From Waterburya sp. (GTDB lineage Bacteria; Cyanobacteriota; Cyanobacteriia; Cyanobacteriales; Xenococcaceae): a stretch of DNA of 64,000 bases. Below, one piece after another: positions 50,662 to 61,832 of the stretch. The notes below the pieces were generated by a model. That model saw only the letters and a list, made by a program, of their open reading frames with translations, was not told the DNA's origin and made no database searches. The position numbers and the translations under genes were made by a program. How positions within the stretch are numbered: position 1 is the first letter of the stretch; each line of letters starts with the position of its first letter. The stretch is from assembly GCA_965217895.1 (NCBI GenBank), contig CBDCJV010000002.1, positions 2,368,001 through 2,432,000 of the forward strand, read 5' to 3'.

Positions 50662-50809
50662 TGCGTTCAAATTGGCTAATTAGCGTAAGAATTTACGCAC
50701 TCCTAGAGTAGAGATAATATAAAAGTAAAGCCAAGGCAAAAAATTGTGCTTTAACAACACAATTTTTTGTCTTGGCAACTTATACAGATCATCATAAAAA
50801 CCTAGTAGA

Positions 50810-53095
50810 TTAAATTTTGGTTTTGCTGACCCTACCTTTGTGGGAATTATTGTTTTCAGAAATGTCAGATACTTTTGCTTTTGGACCGCTGTATTTAGGA
50901 ATCTGATTGCCCAAAGTTCCTTTATCGTAGTAACTTTTAGCATAACGACCATGATAAGAATAGCGATCAAAGTCGTTTGGCTTGACTCCATTAACGACCA
51001 TTCCCAATACCTTTTGTCCTGTAGTAGCCAAAGCCTCTTGAGCAAGCTCCGCGCTTTCTTGTTCAACAATTCCTGGTCTAGTTACAAAAACGATTCCATC
51101 TACTAGCTTACTAAGGGTAAGTACATCTGCCGTAACAGGCAAAGGAGGTGCATCGATGAGAATCAGGTCATATTCTCGGCGGGAGCGACCCACAAAGTCA
51201 CTTAAGGCAGGAGAGTCAAGTATAGCCAAAGGATTAGAGTTAACCATACCACTGGTTAACAAGCTTAGATTTGGCATTGGCTTTTTAAGAATCGATATAG
51301 GAGTGACATTGTTGGTCACAATGTCTTTCAAGCCTTGGTTATTGTCTACATCCCATAAATAATGTTGAGAAGAACGGCGCAGATCTCCGTCTACTAATAA
51401 GACATTACGACCCAGTTGGGCGATCGCTGCTCCTAAGTTAGCTGTTACTGTTGATTTTCCTTCTTCAGGAACAGAGCTGGTAATCAAGATTACTTTGGGA
51501 GGCTTATCGCTAGTCAAGAATTTAAGATTTGCCTGAATCATGCGATAAATTTCGCTGGTAAAAGAATCTGGTTCTTCCCTGGTAATAATTCTACCCTGAT
51601 AGCTAGGTGGCTCTAAGGGAGTAATACCAATAACGTTATAGGCAAATCTCTTTTTAACTTCTGCTAGAGTCTGAAGGGAACGATCCTGCATTTCCAGCAA
51701 AATAACCGATAAATTCGCCAAAAACGCGCCCAAAACTATCCCTAGCCCCATCAACACTACCCTGCCAGAGCTACCTTTATCTGGAACAGAGGCATATTCT
51801 ACAATATCAGTATTACCACTTTGTTGATTTCCTGCTATTTGCGCTTGCTGTAGGCTATCTAATAGGGTCTTATATGTTTTGCCCGCAGCTTCTGAATTAC
51901 GAACTAATTCTTGCTCTTGCTTTTCTAGTCGCGGTAGTTCTTTAGCTCGCTGCAAATATTTCTGCTGGGATTCATACAGAGAAGAAACCTGTCTTTGCAA
52001 GCTTAATTCGTCAATTTTTAAGCTAATAAATCTCTCTAGCTGGTTCTCTTTAGTTCCGTCTTTACTGTTTAATAAACCTTCAGATACATTGACTCCCTGT
52101 CCGACAGAACTAGCAATTAATCCTTTTAGCTGCTGTGTTAAGTCATTTTTCTTTTCTAGAAGACTGACTATAGTAGGATGGTCATCCTTAAATCTTTGAC
52201 GCTGTTTAGATAGCTCTGATTCGGTTGCACCTAACTGCTCTATAATACTTTGAACTTCAGGAGAAGCTCCTAATTGATTAGCAGCAATAGCCTGATTCAT
52301 ATCTAAGCCGATCTGACTTTGTAGCGCAGAAGTTTGAGCCTGAGTACCTTGTAGTTCAGAGCCAGTGGTTGTTATTTGCTGGTTCAATGCTCCCAGGTTA
52401 GCAACTAAATCTTTCTTTTCTTCACCAATGTCAACAATACTATTTTCTGTTCTAAATTTAGAGATATTAGACTCCGCTTGCTCTACCTTGGTTTCGATAC
52501 TTGGTAGCTCTTTTTCGATAAAGCCTTTGGCTGCTTCAGGCTGAGACTGATTGCTTCTAATCTGCTCCTGAACATAGACATCCATTAAGGAATTTACTAC
52601 TTCAGAAGCTACTTTTGGATTGGGACTCTTGTATTTTATTTGAACTACATCAGTCCCGCCAACTAATTCTGTAGCCAGTTTTTTTCTAAAATCCTCAGGT
52701 TTTAAAGGTTCTCCTTTGTCATCGGTTAGCTTTTGCCGATCAATTACCTGTTGAATTACTGGTTCAGAAGTTAAAACCTCAATTTGGGTACTTAAAGGAC
52801 TTTGGCTATTTAATAGAGGTTGTAGTTCGTCTGCCTGTTGCCCAATTCCTACATACTTGGCTGCGGTTTTTTGTTTGAACAGCAATTTGCCTTCTGCTTG
52901 ATATGTTCTCTGCTGTAATAAGCTCAGACCTCCCGTGACTCCTAAAGTTAAGAGAAATATCGCCAAGGCAGGTTTCCAACGTCTTTTAACTTTAAGTAGA
53001 TACTCGCTAAAATTTACGTCTAGGGAGTCTCTCGAAGAACCTGCTGATGCAGGAGAATTATTGATATTTTGGTCTTTAGAGTTATTACTCAACAT
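50810..53095 (-). CDS. Wzc/GumC-like polysaccharide chain-length regulator with BY-kinase
   Basis: N-terminal TM, coiled coil, second TM, SSVPEEGKST, VDGDLR, IDAPP, Tyr-rich tail. Confidence 0.92.
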   Translation of the reverse strand: MLSNNSKDQNINNSPASAGSSRDSLDVNFSEYLLKVKRRWKPALAIFLLTLGVTGGLSLLQQRTYQAEGKLLFKQKTAAKYVGIGQQADELQPLLNSQSPLSTQIEVLTSEPVIQQVIDRQKLTDDKGEPLKPEDFRKKLATELVGGTDVVQIKYKSPNPKVASEVVNSLMDVYVQEQIRSNQSQPEAAKGFIEKELPSIETKVEQAESNISKFRTENSIVDIGEEKKDLVANLGALNQQITTTGSELQGTQAQTSALQSQIGLDMNQAIAANQLGASPEVQSIIEQLGATESELSKQRQRFKDDHPTIVSLLEKKNDLTQQLKGLIASSVGQGVNVSEGLLNSKDGTKENQLERFISLKIDELSLQRQVSSLYESQQKYLQRAKELPRLEKQEQELVRNSEAAGKTYKTLLDSLQQAQIAGNQQSGNTDIVEYASVPDKGSSGRVVLMGLGIVLGAFLANLSVILLEMQDRSLQTLAEVKKRFAYNVIGITPLEPPSYQGRIITREEPDSFTSEIYRMIQANLKFLTSDKPPKVILITSSVPEEGKSTVTANLGAAIAQLGRNVLLVDGDLRRSSQHYLWDVDNNQGLKDIVTNNVTPISILKKPMPNLSLLTSGMVNSNPLAILDSPALSDFVGRSRREYDLILIDAPPLPVTADVLTLSKLVDGIVFVTRPGIVEQESAELAQEALATTGQKVLGMVVNGVKPNDFDRYSYHGRYAKSYYDKGTLGNQIPKYSGPKAKVSDISENNNSHKGRVSKTKI

Positions 53096-53293
53096 ATTAA
53101 GTCAGGAAATTTTATGGTTATGGTGATACTCTGATTTTTTTTAGTTGTGTTAGACAGTACTTCTAGTGTTTATATTAATACTTCATCTAAGATATATCAT
53201 GGGCTACAGAATAAACTGTCTCAATCGCTATAATCTTGCAGATAATCTTATGTATGTTTTACAACTAACTTATCCACGCTTTCGGAAATTTCT

Positions 53294-54091
53294 TTGATTT
53301 TATCCTTTGCTTATCTATTAGTTTTTCATGGTAGTCGAAGTCGCAGAACTCAATCTGCTGCATCAGATTTATGTAGGCTGTTAACTATAAAATTTAGATC
53401 TAGAAATATATTAACTCAGCAAAATTACTTAAAAACCAATTTAACTTGTTCTGAGCCAGAAATAACCACAATTAAAAATTTACCGATCAATCCTTTGGTT
53501 GAAGTTGCTGCTTTGGAATTAGCACCGCTTTCTTTAAATGAAAGTTTAGTTAATTTTGCTCAGGCAGCCACTCAAAAAGGTTACAGGAAAATTAAGATAT
53601 TGCCTCTATTTCTTGCTCCTGGTATCCATGTAACCAAAGATATCCCTGATGAGATTGCTTTAGCCGCAGAACAAATTAATAATCATTTAACTATAGAATT
53701 ATTGCCATATTTAGGTAAATATTCGGGAATGATACCCCTAATATCTCGTAAATTTTCTCAACTTTCAGGAGAAACAGGCATTTTGGTGGCACATGGAAGT
53801 TCTTTATCTACAGCAACTAGATACTTTCAAAATTTAAGCGTCAAGGTAAATGCAGCAATCGCCTATTGGTCAATTAGCCCTAGTCTTAGGGAACAGGTAA
53901 CGACGCAAATTGCTGCTGGCTATCAAAAAATTGCCATCCTGCCTTATTTTCTTTTTCCAGGCAAAATCTCGGAGGCGATCGCCCTGGAGGTTGAGGCATT
54001 ACAAGCAGAAAATCCTCAAGTTGAGTTGATTTTGGGACAGCCTTTGGGAGCTTGTGAGGCTTTGGCGCAATTGATTTTTGAGGAGATGTAA
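53294..54091 (+). CDS. Sirohydrochlorin chelatase (CbiX/SirB-like)
   Basis: HGSR, PLFLAPGIHV..DIP, AHGS, PYFLFPG; upstream of cobA. Confidence 0.85.
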   Translation: MILSFAYLLVFHGSRSRRTQSAASDLCRLLTIKFRSRNILTQQNYLKTNLTCSEPEITTIKNLPINPLVEVAALELAPLSLNESLVNFAQAATQKGYRKIKILPLFLAPGIHVTKDIPDEIALAAEQINNHLTIELLPYLGKYSGMIPLISRKFSQLSGETGILVAHGSSLSTATRYFQNLSVKVNAAIAYWSISPSLREQVTTQIAAGYQKIAILPYFLFPGKISEAIALEVEALQAENPQVELILGQPLGACEALAQLIFEEM

Positions 54092-54096
54092 ATAGA

Positions 54097-54855
54097 ATGA
54101 AACAAGCTAAATATGTCGGCAAAGTTTATTTAGTTGGTGCAGGTCCAGGCGATCCTGGCTTATTGACGGTTAAAGGTAAAACCCTGTTAGAACACGCTGA
54201 TGTGGTAATTTATGATGCTTTGGTAAGCCCAGAAATATTGGCTATTATTAATCCCCAAGCAGAAAAGATCGATGCAGGAAAACGCCGAGGTCGTCACTCT
54301 TTGCCCCAGGCTCAAACTACAGAATTATTAAAGCTCAAGGCTGAAAAAAGTGCTGTAGTAGTACGTTTAAAAGGAGGAGATCCTTTTGTTTTTGGCAGGG
54401 GTGGAGAAGAAATGGCAGATTTAATCAAAGCAGGAATAAAAGTCGAAGTTGTTCCAGGAATCACTTCAGGTATTGCTGCACCTGCCTATGCAGGGATTCC
54501 CGTTACCCATCGTCAATATAATTCTGCGGTCACTTTTGTGACTGGACATGAGACAACCGAGAAATATCGCCCTGGAGTAAACTGGCAAGCGATCGCCCAA
54601 GGCTCGGAAACTATAGTAATTTATATGGGCGTGCATAATCTACCGCAGATTATTCCTCAACTGCTAGCAGGAGGAATGACTTTGGATACTTCTATTGCCC
54701 TCATTCGTTGGGGAACAAGACCAGACCAAACTCAGCTTATAGGTACTCTTAAAACAATTGTCGAGCAAATTGCAGCAGCAGATTTTCAAGCTCCCGCGAT
54801 CGCTGTTATTGGTCAAGTGGTGGATTTGCGCTCTCTACTATCTATCCAGCCATAA
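54097..54855 (+). CDS. cobA: Uroporphyrinogen-III C-methyltransferase
   Basis: VYLVGAGPGDPGL, RLKGGDPFVFGRGGEE, VPGITS. Confidence 0.95.
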   Translation: MKQAKYVGKVYLVGAGPGDPGLLTVKGKTLLEHADVVIYDALVSPEILAIINPQAEKIDAGKRRGRHSLPQAQTTELLKLKAEKSAVVVRLKGGDPFVFGRGGEEMADLIKAGIKVEVVPGITSGIAAPAYAGIPVTHRQYNSAVTFVTGHETTEKYRPGVNWQAIAQGSETIVIYMGVHNLPQIIPQLLAGGMTLDTSIALIRWGTRPDQTQLIGTLKTIVEQIAAADFQAPAIAVIGQVVDLRSLLSIQP

Positions 54856-54923
54856 AACCTACACCCTACACTTAGCCACAAATTTTTGCAGCAATTAGGT
54901 CTATTAAATGGGATGATATTTAG

Positions 54924-55041
54924 TGGGCAGATGTGCTGCTGCATAAGCAGTATATTTCACGTCCAATGATTTATCATCATCACTCTAGGAATCAAGATTT
55001 GCTAAGTATTTCTACTTAGTCTGTCTTGACAGAAATCCTAG
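54924..55041 (+). ncRNA. Candidate structured RNA / leader (two long hairpins)
   Basis: ATGTGCTGCT/AGCAGTATAT closed by TGGGC/GTCCA; CTAGGA..TCAAGA..CTAAGTA/TACTTAG..TCTTGA..TCCTAG. Confidence 0.4.
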
Positions 55042-55119
55042 TATAATACATAACTACTGAATCCTGACAATTTATTAATCATTTCGTCTTTGTTGACGAG
55101 ATTTATATAGACCGTGCTT

Positions 55120-55308
55120 ATGGGCTTTGCAGAACTGTCAATTGCTGATATTGCAGCAGAATACCAAATAAAAGAACAAAAAGTGTTTGAGCTTTGCGAT
55201 CGCTTTAAAATCAATTATAAAAACGAACGCACCTGTCTAGCACTAGAAGATGCTAAGACAATTATCATGGAAATTCTGGCTGCTAAAACTAACTCAGAAG
55301 CTAAATAA
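55120..55308 (+). CDS. Small conserved protein upstream of psbV (resembles the IF-2 N-terminal subdomain)
   Basis: MGFAELSIADIAAEY..LCDR..LALEDAK. Confidence 0.75.
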   Translation: MGFAELSIADIAAEYQIKEQKVFELCDRFKINYKNERTCLALEDAKTIIMEILAAKTNSEAK

Positions 55309-55476
55309 AAATAACTAAACTTAGCTTTGATAGGTTCTATCTGCACTTATAGCGATAAGATTGTTTACTGTTTTTATTAAAAACCAGGTATTCTGTCAAG
55401 ATAAATAACTGAAGATTATGTATATTGGTGCATTACAAATAGCATCACTATCAAATTAAAACTTTTGAGGAAAACA

Positions 55477-55968
55477 ATGTTGAAGCGATTATTATTTGCT
55501 GCTGTAGCTGCCTTATTTTTGGCAATTCAATTTAATATCGGTAGCGTAAACGCGCTCGAATTAGATGAAAATATTCGTACTGTTCCCCTAAACGATCAGG
55601 GTGAGAAAACTGTTCTAAGTCTAAAGCAAGTAAAACAAGGGCAGAAAGTGTTTGTCGATACTTGTTCTTATTGCCATAAAAATGGTGTAACTAAAACTAA
55701 TCCTAACGTTAACTTAGGTTTGACTGCGTTGGCTGGTGCTTATCCTGCTAGAGACAACTTAGAAGGAATTGTGGATTACCTTAAAAACCCCACTACTTAT
55801 GACGGGGAAAAAGAAATCTATGAATTTCATCCTAACACTACCCGCTCGGATCTTTATCCTTTGATGCGTAATTTGACTGATGAAGATTTAGAGGCTGTTG
55901 CAGGACACATTTTAATCCAGCCTGAAGTTCGTGGCATCCTTTGGGGTGGAGGAAAAGTTTACAACTAA
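55477..55968 (+). CDS. psbV: Photosystem II cytochrome c-550
   Basis: Signal peptide, CSYCH, TKTNPNV, PTTYDG, WGGGKVY. Confidence 0.95.
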   Translation: MLKRLLFAAVAALFLAIQFNIGSVNALELDENIRTVPLNDQGEKTVLSLKQVKQGQKVFVDTCSYCHKNGVTKTNPNVNLGLTALAGAYPARDNLEGIVDYLKNPTTYDGEKEIYEFHPNTTRSDLYPLMRNLTDEDLEAVAGHILIQPEVRGILWGGGKVYN

Positions 55969-56456
55969 ATTGTGAAGCAAATAGCTGTCGGCTTTTAGCC
56001 ATCAACTACTAACTTAATTATTTGTATATAGACAGGATAAGAGATTGAAGATAAATTCTTCTGGTTTCTTGTCCTTTTTGTTGGCTGAATATTAAAAGGT
56101 GATACAAATTATATTTGCATTTCCACTAATATTGATAACATTACCAATGTTGCCAGAATTAATATAGATTCCACAATAATTAAGTAATAATTGTTTTTTT
56201 GTTAGCGATCGCCGCATTTAAGCCAATAGTAGTAATATTAGAACGGACACTTTTAAAGAATTAAGTATACATACGGTTTAAATAACCGCTAATAACAAGA
56301 TTACCTGTTGATGCCTTTCCTATGTTTTAAATTGAATTGACTTTATCCAATCTTTAAGGAAACAAAAAGATTTCATGAACTAAAAGAAACTGTGATGAAA
56401 AAAACCCTGAACTCTCAAATAAAACTTTAAAGTTGGCGATCGCTAATTATGATTAA

Positions 56457-57080
56457 ATGTTAAACGTCAAATGTTTACGTTCAGAACCCTTTGTCTGGAT
56501 TCATCTATCGGGAATTGTTCTTTTTCCTGTTTTATTAGAAGTAGCTTGGATTGGCTTGTCGCTGGGCAATCGTTTTAATTACATATTGGAACTAGCATTG
56601 TTGATTGGCAGCAGCGTTTTTCCTGTGCTGTTGATGCAGCTAACTCGCCCGTTTAACATTTTTAGCATTTTATTTGTATCTTTAAAATCTGAATGCTTAA
56701 GTGAGAAGCAAAGGCAAATACTGACCTTGTTTAGAACCGCCAAGCAAAAAATTTTTAGCATGGTGGCAGCAGGAATTATGATCGTAACATTGTTGCTGCT
56801 CTATCGCTTATCTCCATTAGCTGTTGGTGTTGTTAACTTTTTACCCCAATGGCATATATTAGGCTTGGCGATCGCCATTGTCGCTTTTTTGGCGAGTAAC
56901 TTGTTTTTACAAGTACCTTTAAGCGTCTTGCTGGTTTTACTTACCAAAGAATCAAAACTAGCTGAGATTGAACCATATCCTCTAGAAAAAATAAATGAAA
57001 GCTTTACCACACCTGGAATTAAGGTAAATAAAATACTTTGGTTTTTAGAACCTGCACTCGAAACTACAGATAATGCCTGA
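56457..57080 (+). CDS. Conserved cyanobacterial membrane protein
   Basis: RSEPFVWIHLSG, PVLLMQLTRPF, SNLFLQVP. Confidence 0.8.
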   Translation: MLNVKCLRSEPFVWIHLSGIVLFPVLLEVAWIGLSLGNRFNYILELALLIGSSVFPVLLMQLTRPFNIFSILFVSLKSECLSEKQRQILTLFRTAKQKIFSMVAAGIMIVTLLLLYRLSPLAVGVVNFLPQWHILGLAIAIVAFLASNLFLQVPLSVLLVLLTKESKLAEIEPYPLEKINESFTTPGIKVNKILWFLEPALETTDNA

Positions 57081-57194
57081 GTGTTCTTTGAAGGTGTTTT
57101 TTAAAATTTTCAATTATGTATTTCCAACTACAAACTCTTTTTACGGTTGAGGTACGCTTATAATTATAGAGTAAGAAATATAATATCTTTCCCC

Positions 57195-57389
57195 ATGGTA
57201 GATTCAAATATAGCAGTACAAAACGGCAGCAATCAAGATCGAGAAATCTGGAACAATCTTCAACGGGCGATCGCCGAAAGCTCTGGTTTTCAAAGCTGGA
57301 AGCAAGAAAGAAATGTGAGCATCGAAGAGAACTTGGATATTCAAGTACGACGCTATCTAGAAGAAACTCTAGAAACTCTTGCTTACTAA
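57195..57389 (+). CDS. Small conserved hypothetical protein
   Basis: WNNLQRAIAESSGFQSW..VRRYLEETLETLAY. Confidence 0.8.
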   Translation: MVDSNIAVQNGSNQDREIWNNLQRAIAESSGFQSWKQERNVSIEENLDIQVRRYLEETLETLAY

Positions 57390-57425
57390 ATAATAAGGCT
57401 TTAATTAATTTTTTGCTTAATCTTC

Positions 57426-57454
57426 GTAGGGACGTATAATAAATGCGTCCCTAC
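57426..57454. repeat. GTAG-type REP-like palindrome
   Basis: GTAGGGACGTA...TGCGTCCCTAC between convergent genes. Confidence 0.6.
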
Positions 57455-57479
57455 TGTAGTTTTTAGATAATAAATATCG

Positions 57480-57923
57480 CTATTCATATCTTTTACCATT
57501 GTATTTAATCCATCCCCCAGGATGATTTCCCGCAGGATCGTGATGTGTCCAATGTATTACACCACCCTGAGCATTCCATTCATATTCACCCTTAAATATA
57601 ACCAAATCACCTTTTTGAAGTGAATTAATTCTTGGAGCAATGTCGATGTTGTGAGCAATTAATAAAGTTTTACCAGAACTTAGCTTAATAATAAATCTTT
57701 GGTGTCTACTACCATCTAGATCATCTGCAAGAATCTTAATTACAGTCCCTTGACCTTCTACTTGAGCATTACTGTTTTGAGTTTTAAAAGCATTTTCTGA
57801 TAGTTGCTTATTGTTTTTAATTAATGGCGAAAGTTCTGCATTAGAAACTGGTGTCATTTTAGTAGATCCACAAGCCAACTCAATCAAAGTAATTAAAATC
57901 AGCAGTTTGCGTAAGAACTTCAT
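57480..57923 (-). CDS. DUF3465 lipoprotein
   Basis: LACG lipobox; DDLDGSRHQRF, AHNIDIAPR, GEYEWN..IHWTHHDP. Confidence 0.88.
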   Translation of the reverse strand: MKFLRKLLILITLIELACGSTKMTPVSNAELSPLIKNNKQLSENAFKTQNSNAQVEGQGTVIKILADDLDGSRHQRFIIKLSSGKTLLIAHNIDIAPRINSLQKGDLVIFKGEYEWNAQGGVIHWTHHDPAGNHPGGWIKYNGKRYE

Positions 57924-58158
57924 TTTCGTTCTGAAAAATACTATCTTAACTCTGTATTATTTGAAATACAAAATCGACGATAGGACTTACGCATTAGTTA
58001 ATCTATGAAGCTTAAGTAGTAGGTAGTAATTTATCTGTTTATATCGTACGTCTGATGTGAATCAGGCTTACTCATGTTTACTAATATTAATCAGTGAAAA
58101 GCTTTGAATTTAGGGCAATAAATTAGTTAGTAAAACAAATATTGTAGCTATACTCTTA

Positions 58159-59313
58159 TAGAAGCCATTTGGGATCTTGGTAAAAGAGGTATAATCAGGT
58201 CAAAATGCCTTATTCAAGCAGTTTGACCGATAAAGAGGGGGAAATTGTTGAACCCCTATTGCCTAAGAAGAAAAGAACCAAGCCTCCAACATGGAGCAAA
58301 AGAGAAATCTTGGATGGGGTTTTGTATCAACTCAAGAACGGCTGTAACTGGTGTGATTTACCGAAAGATTTACCACCTTACTCAACAGTATTTTGGCATT
58401 ACAAACAGTGGCGAGGACAAGGAGTAATCGAAGATATCAGGGATGTATTACATGGTCAAGTCCGTCAACAAATAAAAAAAAACCAAATGGACAACCTTAA
58501 TCATAATCGATTCACAAGCGTTCACAAGTAGCAAGTAGCAAGTAGCAAGTAGCAATTTTACCTCTCGTTAAAACAAGAGGATTGAAACAAAGAAATGTGT
58601 TTTATTTTTTTTCGTCTTTAAAGAGCGCAACGCGCAAGCGTTGCCAGTCGTCTTCAACGACGATCTGAGCCTTTCAGGCTCTGCGCTTTAGACCAACTTC
58701 GGAGTTACTTAATTGCTATCTGTTATCTGCGCGAACTCCACGCGGCTGCTACTTAACTCCGAAGGAGTTGGTAAAAAATACTTGTAACGCCAGTGTAGAG
58801 TCTAAGGGGTTTTGTTTTTACAAATCTACGAACGGAATTAAGAGGCATTTAGCGGTAGATACTTGGGGTTTTCCTTTCTTGACTCACTGCACCAAAGCTT
58901 CAGTGTCAGATGATCTGGGTTTAATTGAAATGTTGTCAGATAACATTGATTACTTCAAATCGAAGCCTGTCAACATTCCTAGGATAACCATTCTACTTGA
59001 CAATGGATACCACCCAGAAAAATTAATCCAGGAGTTGACCAAAATTTAGCCTCAGATCATGACCAAGAGCAAATTTTTGCTCTCGCCCAAACCGTCGAAA
59101 GCACAAAAGAAAAAGGAAGGAAAAACAGGATTTGTACCAGTTAAAGCTAGGTGGGTTATAGAAAGAACCAATTCCTGGATGCAAAGGTGCAAAAGTTTAG
59201 TCAAGAATTTTGAAAGAACTCTTGAGAATGCCACCACCGAGATTAACCTTTGTTTTGTCAGACTGATGCTCAAAAGATTAGCTGCTGGTTAGATAGATCC
59301 CAAATAGGTTCTA
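58159..59313 (+). mobile_element. Inactivated IS5-family insertion sequence
   Basis: Imperfect TIRs TAGAAGCCATTTGGGATCT / AGATCCCAAATAGGTTCTA; YSSSLTD, DLPPYSTV, IIDSQAVK, GIKRHLAVD, RWVIERT; A-run frameshift ~58475, insert at 58521, stop at 59047. Confidence 0.92.
58521..58770. mobile_element. Non-coding hairpin-rich element (family Z), copy 2
   Basis: Removal restores IIDSQA-VKNTCNA; (GTAGCAA)n heptamers; ends match 7466-7828 (rc). Confidence 0.88.
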
Positions 59314-59595
59314 TACGGAAGGGGTCTGGGTACATTGCTGACTCAGGCTGGTTTTGAACGGGTAGATAATCAACCATTTACTGTCCATCATGTTTATAGT
59401 TTAGATAGCCAAGAACTACGGGGCTTTATTGAATATGTGGACTCTTGGCTAGCACCTACCGTTGAACAGGCTGCTACTAAGTTAGGCAAAGATGTTCAAA
59501 GACTCAAGGCTGGATTAAATTGGTTTGTAAGTATTCCTAAGCGTGATAACGGTGCAGTTTCCGCTACCATCTATCGTGCGATCGCAATTTGTTAG
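59314..59595 (+). pseudogene. C-terminal remnant of a probable SAM methyltransferase
   Basis: GRGLGTLLTQAGFERV.. directly abuts the IS end; no N-terminus on the other side. Confidence 0.45.
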
Positions 59596-59617
59596 AGTTT
59601 TTACTCTTATCTCTGAT

Positions 59618-61537
59618 TTATTCTAAGATTGTCGCAATCTCTTTTAAATAGACCTGCTCTAGTAATTCTCCTGATTCTAATTCATACTGTTCTAATAAAC
59701 CTCGATGTTTGATACTAATTTGTTGGTCTTGTTTAATAATTACCGTCGAGTCAGTAAAGACATCTCGTGCCAACATGGTTTCTACTTCGTCAGGATCGTC
59801 TAAAACTACCATATTGCTACCATAGTAAAACATTCCTTCTCTATCCAACACTTCTCGATCGTATTCGGCAATTAGCAAATCTAACCGAGGATTGCGTAAC
59901 AGATTGCGCACGTTGGTATTGTAGTTAGAGTTAAGCTGCTTTTCTGAACGGTTAACAATTATTCCTTCACGACACACTGCACCAATTGTCCAATCAGGAT
60001 GAAAAGTTAAAATGCGATCGCTCAATTTCTGTAGCTGTCGTAGGGTAATGCGGTTAAAACTGATAATCGGAATTCGAGCATCTTTCCCCGAATCAAAGAA
60101 GGTTTCCAGGATACGGGAGGTAACGTCTACTGGTTCACCAATGGCGGGGTTGAGGTGCATATAAACCCCTGGTGCAGCATTGATTTCAATGATGCCAAAA
60201 CTGCTTTGTTTCCACGATTGAGCAACATCGGCAGTAATAATATCAATTCCCATACAGGTAAGGCGGAAATGTTGGGCAATATCCTGAGCCAAGATAATAT
60301 TATCAGGATGTACTCTATTAGTGGCATCGATACTAAAGCCACCAGAAGAAAGATTAGCAACCTTGCGTAAATAGACAGTGCGATCGCTTTCAATTACGCT
60401 ATCTAAATTTAGTCCCTGTTCTGCTAAATACAGGTGCATTGACTCATCCATTTGAATTTTACCCATAGGGGAAGTAGGAGTGTCGCTACGTTGGGGAGAA
60501 CGATTCTCTCGTTCGATTAGTTCTCTTACCGAAGATCGACCATTACCAACTACTGAGGCTGGTTGACGTTCAATCGCTGCTACAAAACGACCATTAACAC
60601 ACAGTAAACGATAATCATGACCGGCAATGCTATTTTCGACAATAATTGCTGCTTTTTCCCCTTCAGGTACGGCATCTACCGCTCTTTGGTAGGCAGATTC
60701 CAATTCTACTTCTTCCTGAATATCGGCAGTTACGCCAATGCCTTTGTGTCCCGATACAGGCTTGACAGCTACGGGATAACCTAATTTTTCGGCTGCGTCA
60801 CAGGCTGCTGCTAAAAAGTAAACTATATCTCCTTGGGGTACGGGAAAACCCAACTCAGCCAAAAATCTTTTGCAGTCGTCTTTTTGGGTGGTAAAGTCCG
60901 AATCTAAATGACTATCGGTATCAAAAGTTGTAGCGACTCCTCTAATCTGTTTTTTGCCATAACCATACTGCATCAATCTTTCATCCCAAAGATAAAAACT
61001 GGGAATTTCTTTGGCATTTGCCGATCGCAACAAGGCATATACGGTTGGACCACCATATACTGAATTACGAAATACTTGCTGCAAGCTATCAATTTGGGAG
61101 GCAATTTCAAAGTCTTCGCCTCTAGCGATCGCTTCAAACCAATCCCAGACCGTATAAATTACTTCTCTAGTAGTTCGCAGATGTAGTGATTCTATAGCAA
61201 TTTTTGCCGATCCAGATTCCTGCTGCTGCACATTCCAACCCTGAAGGTGTAAATCCATGTCTAGCTTATTTACCACCGAAGCTGTGTTGGCAAATAACTC
61301 TGCGTGAGAAGCATATTCTCTTTCGGTTAATCGAGGATAGCGATCGCCTAATACAGCTAAATAGTCGGAAATAGGTAAAGGGCGATCGTATTCTGTTAAA
61401 GCTAATTCAAATACTAATGAGGCTCTATTTAAATATTGATTTGGTCCTAAATATTCTTGAACGTTGAATAAATCAAAAACATCGCTATCTCTAGCATTAA
61501 CGCGAACTGGTTGTTCTACTTGGTCAATTAACATCAA
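59618..61537 (-). CDS. cphA2: Cyanophycin synthetase 2
   Basis: N-domain YLGPN, ATP-grasp (YPVAVKPVSGHKGIGV, VANLSSGG, IEINAAPG), truncated Mur-like domain, 639 aa. Confidence 0.88.
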   Translation of the reverse strand: MMLIDQVEQPVRVNARDSDVFDLFNVQEYLGPNQYLNRASLVFELALTEYDRPLPISDYLAVLGDRYPRLTEREYASHAELFANTASVVNKLDMDLHLQGWNVQQQESGSAKIAIESLHLRTTREVIYTVWDWFEAIARGEDFEIASQIDSLQQVFRNSVYGGPTVYALLRSANAKEIPSFYLWDERLMQYGYGKKQIRGVATTFDTDSHLDSDFTTQKDDCKRFLAELGFPVPQGDIVYFLAAACDAAEKLGYPVAVKPVSGHKGIGVTADIQEEVELESAYQRAVDAVPEGEKAAIIVENSIAGHDYRLLCVNGRFVAAIERQPASVVGNGRSSVRELIERENRSPQRSDTPTSPMGKIQMDESMHLYLAEQGLNLDSVIESDRTVYLRKVANLSSGGFSIDATNRVHPDNIILAQDIAQHFRLTCMGIDIITADVAQSWKQSSFGIIEINAAPGVYMHLNPAIGEPVDVTSRILETFFDSGKDARIPIISFNRITLRQLQKLSDRILTFHPDWTIGAVCREGIIVNRSEKQLNSNYNTNVRNLLRNPRLDLLIAEYDREVLDREGMFYYGSNMVVLDDPDEVETMLARDVFTDSTVIIKQDQQISIKHRGLLEQYELESGELLEQVYLKEIATILE

Positions 61538-61832
61538 ACTTCTTTTACGGCAACACCAACCATGATAGTAAAAAATTGGGTTTTCAACGTCTATCTAGAG
61601 ATTTATTTTGTTGATCGCCTATAGCTGACTATCATGGTATTTTTCACTTTAAAATATAGACTAATTAAGTTGAGATTTGGATTAAAAACCATAGGGATCG
61701 AGCCTTATTTGCAAATTATTGCTGCTTATTTATACTGTAAAATATAAAAATCTATCTTTGGCAATAGTATAAGTATTGAGTAAATATGTTTTATTAAAAA
61801 TAATTAATAGTAGATAAGTATTTAATACAGCT

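Noticed and set aside
50680..51069. Same-strand alternative-frame and antisense ORFs inside long genes (also 885, 1800, 4042, 26363, 60127, 63427)
   Set aside because: Shadow frames of well-supported CDSs.
59314..59331. Match of TACGGAAGGGGTCTGGG to the 39.5 kb MITE (rc)
   Set aside because: Too short to distinguish a MITE remnant from coding sequence of the truncated gene.
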